Positions 33,549 through 46,179 are shown, counted from the first letter of the whole stretch. The stretch: DNA of 59,795 nucleotides, filler included, from Sphacelaria rigidula (GCA_964200075.2; 10 parts of 10 records of this genome joined end to end with filler, not necessarily neighbours in it); one strand, 5' to 3'. The notes: generated by a model not told the origin, from the sequence alone. Numbers and translations are program-made.

Positions 33549-35839
33549 TCAAAGCGGTGCGTTGACATCATGTGTGCGATCGATGTTATGTTGAATTCCG
33601 CGGCGGAGGCCTTTGGACGTGAGTCGCTGAAGACACCAAGACCCGCGTGGTGCGGATGGACTGGTGGCATGGAGCTCTGGGCGGAGCTTGAGCTGCACAC
33701 GTCCGGGGTCATCGATGAAGCGCACGACGTATGTGTCAGGCGCGATGAGGCCTGTGGAATGGGTCTGGCCCAGCCACCAGAGGTCATCGCTGCCTTTGTA
33801 CCAGAGGTAGGCGCCTTTGGGGAGGATTTCCTGTTTCGCGCGAGTCTTTTCTTGCCAATGCTTGGTGGCTACCAATTCATAGCCATCGGCGACAAAGCTC
33901 AAACCTTCCTCACGGTGAAGTTTGCGTGCTGCTGCGCCGCGGCGCATGTTGCGATATTTCTTTTTGTTAGCAAGATATTGCTGTTGAGGTTGTGTCCAGT
34001 ACAGGAGAACAGCTCGGCGTTGCAGCTGAAGGTCGGATTCGCATTCCCAAGACGCTCTCCGAAGACCTTGCCAGTGAGTTTTGTACATGACAGCAATCTT
34101 ACCGCCTCGACGACGGGTGATCTGGTGACCAGAAATGTGGGACACGGCGAGACGATGGGGTTGTTCCGTCACATCGTCGGTAGTAACGTGATGAGGTGGT
34201 GATCTAGTCGAATAGCTGTTAAGTACGTACTGCGTAAGACCGGCAGGCAGATATTTGGGCATGTCTCTAGTGTCATGCGGATTGATGGAAGGTTTACAAC
34301 GGTGCACAGAGACGCGAGATTTCGCGTTACGTCCCTGAAGATCGCGAGGGAGATCGAGATGAAGAAGTTTGTCAACAACAGGTTTGCCTTCAGGTGATGA
34401 TGGCGAGGGCCCTACTGTCAGAATTTTGAATGGTCCTGTCCAGTTGAGGGATAGCTTAGTCTTCAAGACTGTCCTGTTGGCGGCTTTGTCGGCGCCTTGG
34501 CGGATGGTTGACAAGCTGTTGTAAACCCAGACCCAATCGCCAACCTTCCAAGTAGGTCGTTTGTGCATCAGGTTGTAGAGAGCATTACTAGATATCTCAA
34601 GAGGGGAGGCGTTGATAGCGTGTTGTTCACGCACGAGAGTGACAGCTTTGCGCTGGCGTGCACGTGCCAGGTCATGGTAGGATAGCTGATCCTGATCCAA
34701 ACCTTGGTGGCCATCAAAGGTGTGTCTCTTAAACACTGTGATGGGCAGGCGGGGGTAGCGGCCGAGATGTAACTCGTTCGGAGAAAGGTCGGTAGCAGCG
34801 TTGACCGAGTTGTTATAAGACAGCATGATATGTGAGAGATGGAAATCCCAATCGTTTTGTTGATCGTTGACTACCATAGACAGCATCTGGACCATGGTGT
34901 GGTTAACTCTTTCAGTACTACGGTTACTATTGGGGTGATAAGCGCTCGTGGCTATCTTTCGAATGCCCAGGAGCGTATACAATTCGTCCGAGAGATCGGA
35001 GCAGAATTGCTGACCATTATCGGAGAGAAGCCGTTTCGGGCAACCATAGTGCCTGGTATAGTCATGAACTAAGATGTTAGCGGTGCCTGCCGCTGCGAAG
35101 TCTCCAGTGATGACGGCGTACATGGCTGCGTGACGACTGAAACGGTCGGTGAAGAGCAAGATGTAGGTGTTGCCACGGTCAGTGGGCGGTAACGGACCGA
35201 AATAGTTGAAAGACACGAGGTGATCAGGAGCGTTGGGAAGTGCCGTCGAAATGACTGGCCAACGTATAGTCTGTCGTGAGGTTTTGCGAGCTTGACACTT
35301 GAAGCATCGCCGAATCCAGAAACGGGTGGACACTTCCATGCCGATCCACCAGTAAAAGCGTTCGAGTAACGCTAATGTGCGCGTGACATCAAGGTGGCAA
35401 GACAGGTCAGTGTGGCAGCCTTTCAGTACCCACGGTCGCTTAAAAAATGGGACATATATTCGAGTGGGTGCATCATCGAGAAGGCGTGCATGACGTCCAG
35501 TGGGCGCGGATGAAGTTACACCCGCTGAGGCGTAGGGTGGCGGACAAGCAGTTCAATTCCGTCATCAGTTGTGAAGATAGTACCTTTACGTGCGAGTTCG
35601 TACACTTCAGCGGCGATTGGTGGTGGCAGTGTGCCAACCGGGGTCAATACATTGGCCGGGATAGGGGCGCAGCCAGCACGGAGGTATCGCATGGTAGCGC
35701 GGCATAATGGCTCTACTTGTTGTTCACGAGCCCAATCACGATAGGAGTAGCTGGCGAGAAATTCGCGCAGTTGGCCATCCGCCGGAGAGCCGACCAGACA
35801 TGGTGGCTCAGGAAGCGGTGAAACAGGCGACGGGGGGGG
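33549..35839 (-). mobile_element. Ty3/gypsy pol 3' part: integrase with long C-terminal extension
   Basis: CHTDLSCH...CFKC Zn motif, YILLFTDRFS, LLSDNG, TERVN, WTGPFKI, then chromo-like YKTHWQGLRRASWE. 596-aa ORF at 33549-35339. The expected first catalytic Asp reads Asn (VSFNYFGP). Confidence 0.92.
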
Positions 35840-38447
35840 NNNNNNNNNNNNNNNNNNNNNNNNNNNNNNNNNNNNNNNNNNNNTTAATTAATTAANNNNN
35901 NNNNNNNNNNNNNNNNNNNNNNNNNNNNNNNNNNNNNNNCTTTGTTCCTCTCTTTTTTTTTCTCTCCCAGTTGTGGATTGTTGTGACCTTGTCTGTTTTC
36001 CCGACGGGCCAGCTACACTTCTTTTTCGTTTTTTTTTGTTGTTGCTCGTATGAGCACGTGATTTGTTCGCTTTTTAATTTTCGTTGTGTCAATAGGCCCT
36101 GATCGTCGATTTTTGCTTTTATTGCGTTGTCGTTTATTCTTTTATTTTTTTTTCGTGTTCTAACACGTCAATCGTATTTTGAGTTGGTCTTTTCCTCCCA
36201 TGTGGATGGAGGTCAATCGTCTTCGCAGACATGTGCTGCTAGAGAGGTTCCCTATTGTACTGTGCAGTAGGCGGTAGTGCACCCTCTGGAATTGCCACTG
36301 CAGTGCGTGTCGTACGCCTCACCAGAAGAGAGATTCTTGATGTGCACTGTAAAAAGTGGCGGGGAAGTCACTTTCTTCACCGAAAAAGTAAGCATCCCTG
36401 TAACTCCATGATTTGAAAAAAAAAAAGGAGGAAAAAGATAGAACGAGAAAAGGAGGGCAGATATCCGTGATCCTCGCCCCGAAAGTTATTTGCTCTGAAA
36501 ATATTGCCACAAAATAAAAAAATGAATCGGGCTTACCACGGGTCTTGAAGCCTTTTTAGTTCGTGCGCAATAAAGCGGGAGGATCCGTGATGCTCGAACC
36601 GAAATAGATTCGCACGGGAAAATTTTTCGATGTTTTTTTTTTGCAGGCTTACTGCCGGTCTGAAAGCTTTTCATTCATCCGCAACAAAGGGTTGGCGAAC
36701 AAACATGCGCTTGTAGTGTATATTGTATGGTCGATGGCGATGTGGTATGTATAGGGTGCGAATAATGTACCCCCTCTGACCCTTCTTTCATCTGTCCCAG
36801 ATATGCTACCTGTGTGTATACCTGGCTTGACATTTCCTGAATTTTGAGCTGTCATTTTCCAATCAAGTGTTGAATCTCGTGTCATTTTCTGGTCGAGTGT
36901 AACTGCTATGCCCATGAATGAAGACCCTAGCGACCAGAAATCCGTGGGCAAAAAACAATGAAAAAAAACGCGGGGGGATGATGAGGAATAATGAAGAATT
37001 CACAGACTGACCGGACATGTGCGCCGAACCTCTGCCGAACAAAACACACGCGTCATCCCAAGTTAGCTAGGTTTAGTATGCGATATCGGTCATTTTTTCG
37101 CGCATTCTTCTCGAGACGAGAAGCAAACCGGCCTGTGGAACTTCACAGCCCCCCGTAAACACACCAGACCCATTCGGTGTGGCGACGGAGTTGCTCAATT
37201 CGCCACAGCGGATCCGAAAAGCCCCAGAACATTGGAGAAAACGCATTTATTAGTATATTTCGTATTTGATTCGGCACGCGTCCCGGTACCTGTCGCTACA
37301 CTGAGTCGTTCTGGTATGTGGAAAGCGCACGCATCAAACCGCAGTTCAATTCTCTGCTTCGGTACCGAGGAAAATGCGTTGAAAGATGGGCACAACAACA
37401 ACCTGAGCAGCAGCTTCTACCCTCCTGTTGCCACCCTGCGTACAGGTGTACAGCAACGCCAGTCACAGGTTTGTTGTGGAATGTACTACAGTAATATAAG
37501 TAGATTTTGTATGAGCGTCATCGTCGTTACGAGTGACGTGTGTACTTGTGATTGATACTGATTGGCTCATTTAGGTTTCATTTTTTCCGCATTCAAATGA
37601 CTTGTGTAGTTGGTCGGTCCATTTTCCAGAAACATTGTGCCCAAAATCGGGCCCCATTGACGGGGATGACCGTACCACCCTTCAATAAAGGGTATATACA
37701 AAATAGCACATACATACAATTTATTACTATCCATACCCGATTTTCAGCGGATACGACCGCGCTTAATCTTTTCTTAAGATTGCGGATGTACAGGGCACAC
37801 ACAGCTTCCACATCAGTTTGGGGTTTTCAGAGAGCACTCTACGCGAAGGACCGGGAGTTGAGGGGGCCCTGCTACAGTAGGTCTAGGACGAGTCTCTATC
37901 TCGTGACAATGCAAGGGCTGCTTTTTCCTTGTTTCCTTGAAGGAAGGAGGAAACCTCACCCAACACCGATCACACATGCGGGTTCGTTTGCCGATCACCC
38001 AGGGGCTTGGGTAGACTGCCTCCCGGCAGTCATCTCAAACCACTGTTCATCTCGGAAGGTTGAAAAAATACCACCCGCCCCTCGATTCGTCCGTCCCTGA
38101 TGTCTCAGCTCTCGATGACTTGTTTTTAGGTACAAAGTTGTGGGGTAGGCGCCTCGAGCGTGTTCGGAAATCTTTGCTCAAGCCAGTGCTGGGGTTGAAC
38201 TCACTAAAACTCCTTGTCAACGTGGCGCAGTGCACGCGCCGCCCTCATGAACTTTGGTACTGGGGGCAGGGGTGCCGTCCCATAGAATGAGAAACGTGAC
38301 CATAACCAGGGCGGGAGATTGGAAGATGACAGTTCCGGGGGGTTGACAGACGGGAGTCGTGGGTGGGCGAGCCGAGTTATAGGGAGGTGGTGAATCACAC
38401 CACACCCTGGATAATGACAAAATATTACACTATCATGAAGTGTACTG

Positions 38448-38641
38448 ATTGATCGATTGATTTGATCGATTTGATTGTCGCACTTTAACTGATCCCCCAG
38501 GGGTCCAGCCGTGGTCTCATGATAGATGTACCCAACAAAAACGGAACTGAAACACGCTCTGAGAAAAAAAGAAGGAACGGAAAAAAAAAAGGGGGTCGAA
38601 CAGAACGACATAGCAGACTAGGTCGTGATAAAAAAAAAAGG
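38448..38641 (-). mobile_element. 5'-truncated LINE/SINE 3' end with (TCAA/TCGA)n tail
   Basis: accacggctggacccctgggggatcagttaaagtgcgac plus tail, flanked by GTACTG on both sides (38442-38447, 38642-38647). Confidence 0.8.
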
Positions 38642-38934
38642 GTACTGTGTACAGTATTGACTGTTGCGTCTATTGCAATAGACTATAGTTTTCATACTGT
38701 ACGCAGTACAATTTTTGGCGATGTAATTTTTTGTCCGGGGCATGAATCACACACGTTGGTCACTCAATAAATGGATACAGCTGAGCGCCACAGTTTTTTA
38801 CTCTTGTATTTCGTCGTAATCCAAGGCCGGCGGTTCGAGCTTATTTGTGCCGTCGTCGTGACTTTTTTTTAAGGCTGATTTTAACTTTTGATTCTGCGCC
38901 GATGCGTGTTCTTGTGTTTTTTCTGTGTTATCAG

Positions 38935-39005
38935 CTTTGCTGTTCCCTTCGAGGAGGACCTGCGCAACCCCAACATCTGGTACTTGGATCACAACTTCTT
39001 GGAAG
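38935..39005 (+). CDS. PSMD7: Internal exon of 26S proteasome regulatory subunit RPN8 (MPN domain)
   Basis: ag|c [23 protein letters not shown] g|gt matches the conserved RPN8 SFAVPF(D/E)ED...W(F/Y)LDH motif. Pyrimidine-rich acceptor. Confidence 0.92.
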
Positions 39006-39194
39006 GTCGGTTTATATGGGTGATGTTTACTGTCGTGATGCCATTTTTTTTCGCCCACAGCCGTTTTTTTTACAAGCATTATTCTTTCAAAGTCAGTTGT
39101 CTCACCTTTTCAATTTTTTTGTTTTCGGTAATGTCTGGAGGTCCCTCCAACGGTTAAGTGTTTCGATTTTGGTTTACCTTAGGTATGTGTCACA

Positions 39195-39364
39195 CACACC
39201 CTGGACAATATATGGCCAATAGATGCAATAGACAAAATGTGTACTGGATAAAGTATAGGCCTATCGCAACTATTGACAGCCGACAGCAGTTGCAATTGGT
39301 CTATGCTTTACCCAGTACACTTTTTGTCGATTGCATCTATTGACCATATATTGTCCAGGGTGTG
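39195..39364. mobile_element. 170-bp near-perfect palindrome (hairpin MITE)
   Basis: ~80-bp arms cacaccctggacaatatatgg... / ...ccatatattgtccagggtgtg. A related terminus cacaccctggataat lies at 38401. Confidence 0.88.
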
Positions 39365-39385
39365 GTATATATGTTATATAAATGC

Positions 39386-39652
39386 ATTTCATTTGCTCTT
39401 TACTTTCCTCTTCCTTGTTTTGTTTTTTTTACGTCGGCCATTTCTTTCTGTGCTTTGCTTGTGTTGACTTTTTATGTTGATTTGTTACGACTTAGTCTGC
39501 TATGTCGTTCTCTTCGACTTTTTGTTCTGTTCTGTTCCTTTTTTTTTTCAGGGTGTGTTTGAGTTTCGTTTTTTTGGATACGTCTATCATAAGACCACGG
39601 CTGGACCCCTGGGGGGTCAGTTAAAGTGCGACCATCAAACAATCAATCAATC
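39386..39652 (+). mobile_element. LINE/SINE 3' end with (TCAA)n tail
   Basis: Same family as 38448-38641. Possible TSD AAATGC (39380-39385, 39653-39658). Confidence 0.8.
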
Positions 39653-40142
39653 AAATGCGTCAATCCTGTGACTCAGTGAACCACTGGCCACGGCGGCATC
39701 CCTCGATCATGAGTTGATGATCGACAATCAGTAGCCGCTGCGCCCTGGTGGTCTGAATTGAAACGATCTGACTGTTATCATTAGGGTAGAGTTGATTCCC
39801 GATTGTATGTGTTGGGTTTTTACTCCGAATTATCTGATTTCCACCGTCTGAAGCGTGAATATTAATGAGTGATTAAAGAAGTAATTGACTGAGTTTATCT
39901 GACGAGAGTTGACTCGATGCCGGAGTGGAGTGCTGAACAGTCATGATCCAATCCGCGAGACGATCGAAATGCAAGGCGTGTATTGCACCGGGGGAGAGAT
40001 GGGTTGATTGACCCCTCAAGGCATGAGACCACGGACTTGTCCCGAGGAAGGGGAGGGATTTGGTGTGTGACAACGGGGGGGAAAGAATAACCATCACGTG
40101 GGTCACTAACCACGGCTACATCCTTTTGTTGATCACTTGATA

Positions 40143-40637
40143 TGTGTGTGTCGTCATCCCATTAATTCTGGACGTCAGTCTACATCGTTCGGTATATGTG
40201 AGCGCGTCAGTCGGGGTCACACATGAGGGAGGCCAACACGGGGTTTTTTATTTCTCTTTTTTTCTTCTGTCCTTGTACTTTACCTTCGTCCTGCGGTCCT
40301 CTATTAGTCAACAACTTTCAGTATATATGTGGGCGCATTAGCCGTGGTCACACAGGAGGAAGGCCAACACAGGATATTTTTTCTTCTTTGGTTTTAGTAC
40401 TCCACCTTTCTTCTGCGGTGCTTTTTCTCCTTTTTTTAATTGCGAGAGGGGTTCAGCAGTCTCTCCCTCGTCGACCGTGAAGTCGATTTTTTTGCACGCA
40501 CGATATAGTCGCTCTCCACTGTTGGGCATTGTGTGATAAACAATCCCAGATCATGTGACTGCACCGAGATTCGAACCCACGACCCAACCTTTAGGAGTTT
40601 GGTCGAAGTTACCAGCTGAACCACCAGGGCGACCGGC
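40143..40637 (-). mobile_element. tRNA-derived SINE, family A
   Basis: Minus-strand head GCCGGTCGCCCTGGTGGTTCAGCTGG...GGGTTCGAATCTC. Body homologous to 8545-9056. Confidence 0.85.
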
Positions 40638-41189
40638 TCAGTTAATGTGAAGCAAAAAACAACATATAAATCAATCGATCGATCAATCAATCAAGGAATC
40701 AATTATCCTGCTGATGCTAGCGTCAGCGCTGGTGCCGATGTTCCCGTCTGTTGTCGATCAGACTTAGATCGCGAGGACGGTAGTCCATCTGGATCATGGC
40801 ATATATATATATGTATTCGAAGTGAAAATTGATGGCGATTCAGCGCATGGCCCACTCTCGCCGTCTATGAGGGTTGACGTTGTTGACTTTTGCTGTTCAT
40901 ACGAGAGTGCTTGATTTTTCCTTTTCTTGTCTACACTCAAGAACCCCAGGATACTCTTTGACCAAGTAATATGTATACATGGTGGTGGCGGTGTTTTTTG
41001 TTGTCATCGCTGCCCCCTTTCTTTCCTTTCTGAGGCCGTTGCTTCTGTCGTTTTTCTGTTCCTTTCGTTCTTTATTGTATATATATATATTTATTATTCT
41101 GTTCTATTTTTGCTGGTTCTGACCACGGGCTGGATTGTTGCAATCAGCTAATGTGAGATAATCCATATATGTATATATATATATAAATA

Positions 41190-41380
41190 CCGCGATACCC
41201 CCGTCCCCCCCGTCCCCCCGCCCGCCCCCAAACCGGCCCCTAAACTACCACGAAGAAATTGGCCATGCAGCGAATAAACGCTGGTTTCAGACTTCATGAA
41301 GCGCCCCATCTAAGCGATATTGTCGATAACCATCCCGAGCATGGGAGTTCCCAGCTGCTTGGTGTGCTCGGTATTTTGAC
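41190..41380 (-). mobile_element. Truncated, diverged copy of the 4-bp-TSD MITE family
   Basis: catgaagcgcc.cat...ggga.ttcccagctgct..gtgtgctcgg is shared with 32142-32388. Confidence 0.7.
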
Positions 41381-41394
41381 ATTTTGTTTCACAT

Positions 41395-41818
41395 GACTCT
41401 ACGGTAGCACCCCCCCCCCCAAAAAAAAAAAAAAAAAGAGGAGGAATTGGCTCGAGAAAAAGAAAAACAAAAAAGAAAAAAAAAAAACCGACCCACCAAA
41501 AAAGATANNNNNNNNNNTTTTTTTAAAATTATTTTACGGTAGAACCCCCACCACAAAAAAAAAAAAAAAAAGGTGGCTGATTTGGCTCGGCAAAATGTAC
41601 ACGTGAATCGAAATGAAACAAGCCGAGCACCACGAGCAGCTATGATAGGAATTCCCACGCTTGGGTTCGTTTTCGCCAACGTCGCCCATATATGACGCTT
41701 CATGTATGCCCGAAACCGACCGTCAGGCGCTACATGGTCAATTTCTTCGTGACAGTTTTCGGCTTCTTTTTTTTTTTTTTTGCGGGGGGTGGGTGCGGGT
41801 GGTATCGTAGGAAGACTC
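41395..41818 (+). mobile_element. MITE with 4-bp TSD (related subfamily; spans a 10-N gap)
   Basis: Right end GGTATCGTAGGAAGACTC, TSD ACAT (41391-41394, 41819-41822). Left end appears twice around the gap, likely an assembly artefact. Confidence 0.75.
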
Positions 41819-43487
41819 ACATGTAGATNNNNNNNNNNNNNNNNNNNNNNNNNNNNNNNNNNNNNNNNNNNNTTAATTAATTAANNNNNNNNNNNNNNNN
41901 NNNNNNNNNNNNNNNNNNNNNNNNNNNNGGTCTTCCGTGCAAGAGATATGCCACTTCAACCCCATATTTTGTATGAACCCCAAAATTTAAAATCGGCTTT
42001 TAGTTGTCAAAAGCTATGAGGAGATGAAAAATTGGGACCATATTTCGAATATTCGGTGTGGATACGAAGATTTTAATTGTCCGGGTTTCTCATCCCCAAT
42101 AAAATATCCATCCCCAATAAAAGATCCATCCCCAATTTGTAAGATTCCGTGTTATACCACAAACAACTGTTGGAAAAACCTAGGCACAAAGCAGTCTATT
42201 TTCCTAATTTTGAATATCAGTTTCTATAGCAAACATACGTACAAGCGAAAACTATACGGTTTATCGTTGTGGGTAATGAACTGAACTGGCTAACATAGTC
42301 CATCACAGTACAGTACTGTAGTAAGGCAAGTAGGAAGGGAATTTTTTGTAACTAATGATTATTGAGAGAGAACTTGATCCGGATACGTTGACTTGTCAGC
42401 AGGCAATGGGGTGTTATACGTGTGTGCAGGGCATTGTCATTTTGTTTGTCGGTATTTGGAAGTGTTTTGTTTCATTCTGAGAGTCATTGCAGCCCATGAT
42501 CGACAACGTCGATCACTCACAGCTTTCACTCTTCTTTTTGTACCTATTTCGGAAAGGACTAGGTGTTACTTTATTCGGCCGACTAAGCGGCCACAGCACA
42601 CTCGATCTCTAATCTGCTGTTCTTATATATTCTGCTGCGAACAGCAAAGTAAGGTTAACGGCTACCGTGCAACTCTTCGAGCCTGTCTAGTGAGACAGTT
42701 GGCCCACCAAGTTTATTTATACTGTACCACACGCCACCAGTCCCTTCAAAACCTACCGTGAGGAACATTTGATTCTAAAGTTTGGGATCGACAGATCTCA
42801 CTACCCGCCACTGATTCTCAACGAAAAAAAAATTCTGCTTCAATTTTGAACCCGACGGAGGCTAACCAGTTGTAAGAGCTCCTAGGAGTACTGGGAACAT
42901 CTCGCAATCGTCGTCGCTGCCGTCGTCCCCGCGGGTTGATTGCGGCACCCGCGAAGGACCACACTCCTCCCGACTAGCACCGCACTCATCCCTGCTGCTG
43001 CTGCTGCTGTACTCCTCCTCCTCATCATCGCTATAGCCGACGAGTAGGTTTGCTCTCGTGCTGGAACCCTCCATATGCGCATCTGTACTGTGTACTGTGT
43101 ACTGTGTACTGTCAGTAGTCTGCAGTGTGTGCATGTGTGTACGGACTGTTGTTTATTATACATTACTGCTGTGCAGATCAGATGAGGCGATGAGAAGGTC
43201 TGAGAGTCCGCGAAGCAGCAACGAATGCGCGCTGGGGTTTCGCACACAGAAGGAATCCCCAGTGGTTGAAGATATTGCCGAAAAGAAGGGTCTTGGATTG
43301 GAAACATATCATGCGCGAAAGGAGACAGGATCCTACACGTTACACTTCCAGAGTTAAATGTGTATCTCGAAAATTAATTATCGATGAGGGACCACGTGGG
43401 GAGCCCTGATTTGACTTACCTTTTGTACAGAAGTCCCCATGTGATCCCCGTCCCTCATCGTAGTACTAGCCTGGCTGAACGTTTGAC

Positions 43488-43646
43488 GCGAAATGTAAAA
43501 CGTGAAACGTGAAACGTGAAACGTGAAACGTGAAACGTGAAACGTGAAACGTGAAACGTGAAACGTGAAACGTGAAACGTGAAACGTGAAACGTGAAACG
43601 TGAAACGTGAAACGTGAAACGTGAACGTGTAACGTGTAGGACCCTG
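43488..43646. repeat. (CGTGAAA)n heptamer array ending at a CAGGG-type terminus
   Basis: 17 perfect units at 43501-43619 with degenerate flanking units, then gtaggaccctg. Confidence 0.93.
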
Positions 43647-44692
43647 AAAGTTGGAGGTCTCTTGGTCTGTCTGCAGGTTATTTGCCCGGGGAAATCGCAA
43701 GTCGCGCTGTCCTAATGAAAACCTGCGTCAATAGTGCTCTGTCTTCTCGAAAATCTGCTCTATTTTCTGAAAATCTGCGACATATTTCGGTTCTCCTGCT
43801 GTTTTTTCACAGCCGTTTTTCTGCGGAAAAATACGGAATTCTACTTTTTCTGCGGTCGCAGATGAAGCCAGAGCCTAGTGTCTTCGCAACCTATTTCTCG
43901 ACCGAGAATGCGCGGTAAAAAAGGAAAGCGCCGCTCTGATAGGTTGCGATTTCAACTATCGTGGCGTTTGCTGAAGATGGTAAAAATCACGACCTATCAG
44001 ATCGGATGTTTGTTTCCCACCAAGGGTCTGTCGAGAGGGAAATTTCTGACACGGAGACCGCCCCCCCTACCGGAGGGCATTTTTTCGAAAATTGTCATGA
44101 TTCCTGATATATGCTCCTGTGGTTTTTTCAAGAATTTTTCAAAGTTTTTGTAAAAATCGTTGAAGGAAATTGATCGACAAACACTGATAACTACCGAAAA
44201 GTTTAGCGGGCTTTGCGAGGTTCGAATATTTGCCTCTGCTCCTCGCCCGCCCTGAACCGATGACCTCGGATGCCGGCAAGGCTCACACACATCTATGTAC
44301 AACACATGAGCGTACGGTAGCGACAGCCTGTAGCCGAAGTAGCAATATTATCTCACGCCTCGCCAGAGTCGCCCGGACTACCAGTAGTGGTAGGTAGTCG
44401 AGGCACACGACACGGAACATGATTCCATAAATGTAATCATGGTACAGTAGAGTAAACGTCCCAATTACGGAACAGTACCAACACAGGAACCCTTTCTATA
44501 TATCATCCATAATTCCGCGAAATACTAACCGTTTTCCATTCTGGTTTTTGCTGCGTGTGCACAAGAGAACGGCGCTTAGTTTGAGCTACTGCACGTGTAT
44601 TTTGCATCAAAAAACACCATCCCACAGCACTGCAAATAAGCGCGTGTGTGTCTTTCTCCAAAAAGAGCATTTTGGTGGATCGGCTGCTAAGC

Positions 44693-45213
44693 ATGCAGAG
44701 AGCAAGGGTAAACCCAGAACGTGCAGCAGAGGCCGTAGAGGCGATACGCAGCGGTCGCATAACCTTTAATGCTGCTACAAAGACCTTTAACATCTCCGTT
44801 GGTCCGCTGCAGAAGCGTGTCAGTGGTAGCCTGGGCATAGCTGGCAGGGTTGGCCTGGGTACTGTACTTCCGATGGAGGAAGAAGATTCTATTGAAGATA
44901 TGCTGAAATTTGTTGCAGCTCGTCAACGGGCCTGAATAGAGATGGCCTGAAGTAGGCGATTATTACACTCTGCAGCGACAATCGATCGGTGCCATAGGAC
45001 CAGATAGTGATTTGTTTCAGGTCGAAAATGGCTCGACTTGTTTCTTCGGAGGCACCCGCGACTAGGTGCGCGCAGCAACCGCATCTGCAAGGCCGGCTGG
45101 GTGGTGCGACCGACGAAGAAGATCGCATGCCAGAGTTGTCCGCGGCCTATGAGGACTACGTGGACAGGGAGAAGCCAGCAATCGACCACAGATAGAACAC
45201 TGACGAGACAGGT
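44693..45213 (+). pseudogene. pogo/Fot1-type (Tc1/mariner superfamily) transposase N-terminal remnant
   Basis: Psq-like HTH (AVEAIRSGRITFNAATKTFNI), CENP-B-type segment (TVLPMEEE...GRKWLDLFLRRHP) and first catalytic motif NTDETG. Contains stops and frameshifts. Confidence 0.85.
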
Positions 45214-45224
45214 GCTTTACAGTA

Positions 45225-45475
45225 GAGTCATCCTCCGATAGGGGGGGGGGGTATTTTGGGCCATTTGTTGCTCGAAATTTCGAGTCAGATGGTCGTTGAA
45301 AGCAGCAACGGTTGTTCGAACAAGCTTGTTGTAGATCAATAACGCTCATCCATACTGCCTGACACCGTTTGGAACCAAATACAAGCGCAACATAAGTGTA
45401 GAACGATATCTGGCACGCTTATGAGACTCTTTTTTCGTGCAACTTAATACCCCCCCCCCTATCGTAGGATGACTC
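45225..45475. mobile_element. MITE with ~30-bp TIR and 4-bp TSD (Sola2-like GAG...CTC ends)
   Basis: GAGTCATCCTCCGATAG(G)nTATT ... AATAC(C)nTATCGTAGGATGACTC with TSD AGTA (45221-45224, 45476-45479). Confidence 0.9.
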
Positions 45476-46179
45476 AGTAGTTTGTCAAGAGCCGTTCTGT
45501 TATATGGTACAATGCATGTGCCTAGAGCAAGCGCCAGAGGCCGTTGCTGTGGATATTTGTCTCCCCTTGGTTATGCTGCGTTTGAAACGGTATTATTCTC
45601 GCCGCATTCTTGGCCGACAAAGCCCTTGGCGTTTGCCTGCTCATTGCTCTCTCGGCGTGTTCTGTTGATTGCACTTACTCTTTACGAGTATAGAGGTACT
45701 GCCTATACGGTCTGTAAAGGTGTTGCAAGTACTGCGGTTAAAGGTGATGCCAGTATTGTGCATACCACCCGATACTCGACGTACTACTCTGTACCGTGCC
45801 CCGACCACCCCCCTTCTCCCCCCCCCCCCCAAACACGCCACTCGTGGATACCTTCTGCGTAGGTGTTACTGCGCAAGGGACCAGGGCGTGGGAGGCCATC
45901 GCCGAGAAAGATTCCGCGGAGTTTTGATTGCTTGGTTTTCTCTCTTCCATGCTCGCTGCTGTCTGCAAGCTGCGTCTGCCGTTCTCGTAGTCATGGTCGA
46001 TTTTGGTGAAAATGTTGTGTGTAGGGGGGAGGGAGGGGCGGGGGCGGGGGGGGCAGCAAACGTGTTTCATTGCAACTCGGTCACTTCCGTTGAACACCAA
46101 CTTTTGCGAGAACTATGTCGAAACTAATCCCCCTTGGTTGAGTAGCTCTCAACAAACAGAAGGCACAGAGCTTCACGAA

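Noticed and set aside
33432..34202. 256-aa plus-strand ORF
   Set aside because: Antisense shadow of the gypsy integrase ORF.
40561..40637. True tRNA gene (also 8980-9056, 9190-9265, 20800-20885)
   Set aside because: A/B boxes without a convincing cloverleaf, mostly attached to repeated SINE bodies.
43501..43619. CRISPR-like array (also considered 3555-4019 and 22663-23068)
   Set aside because: No unique spacers, no cas genes, eukaryotic context.
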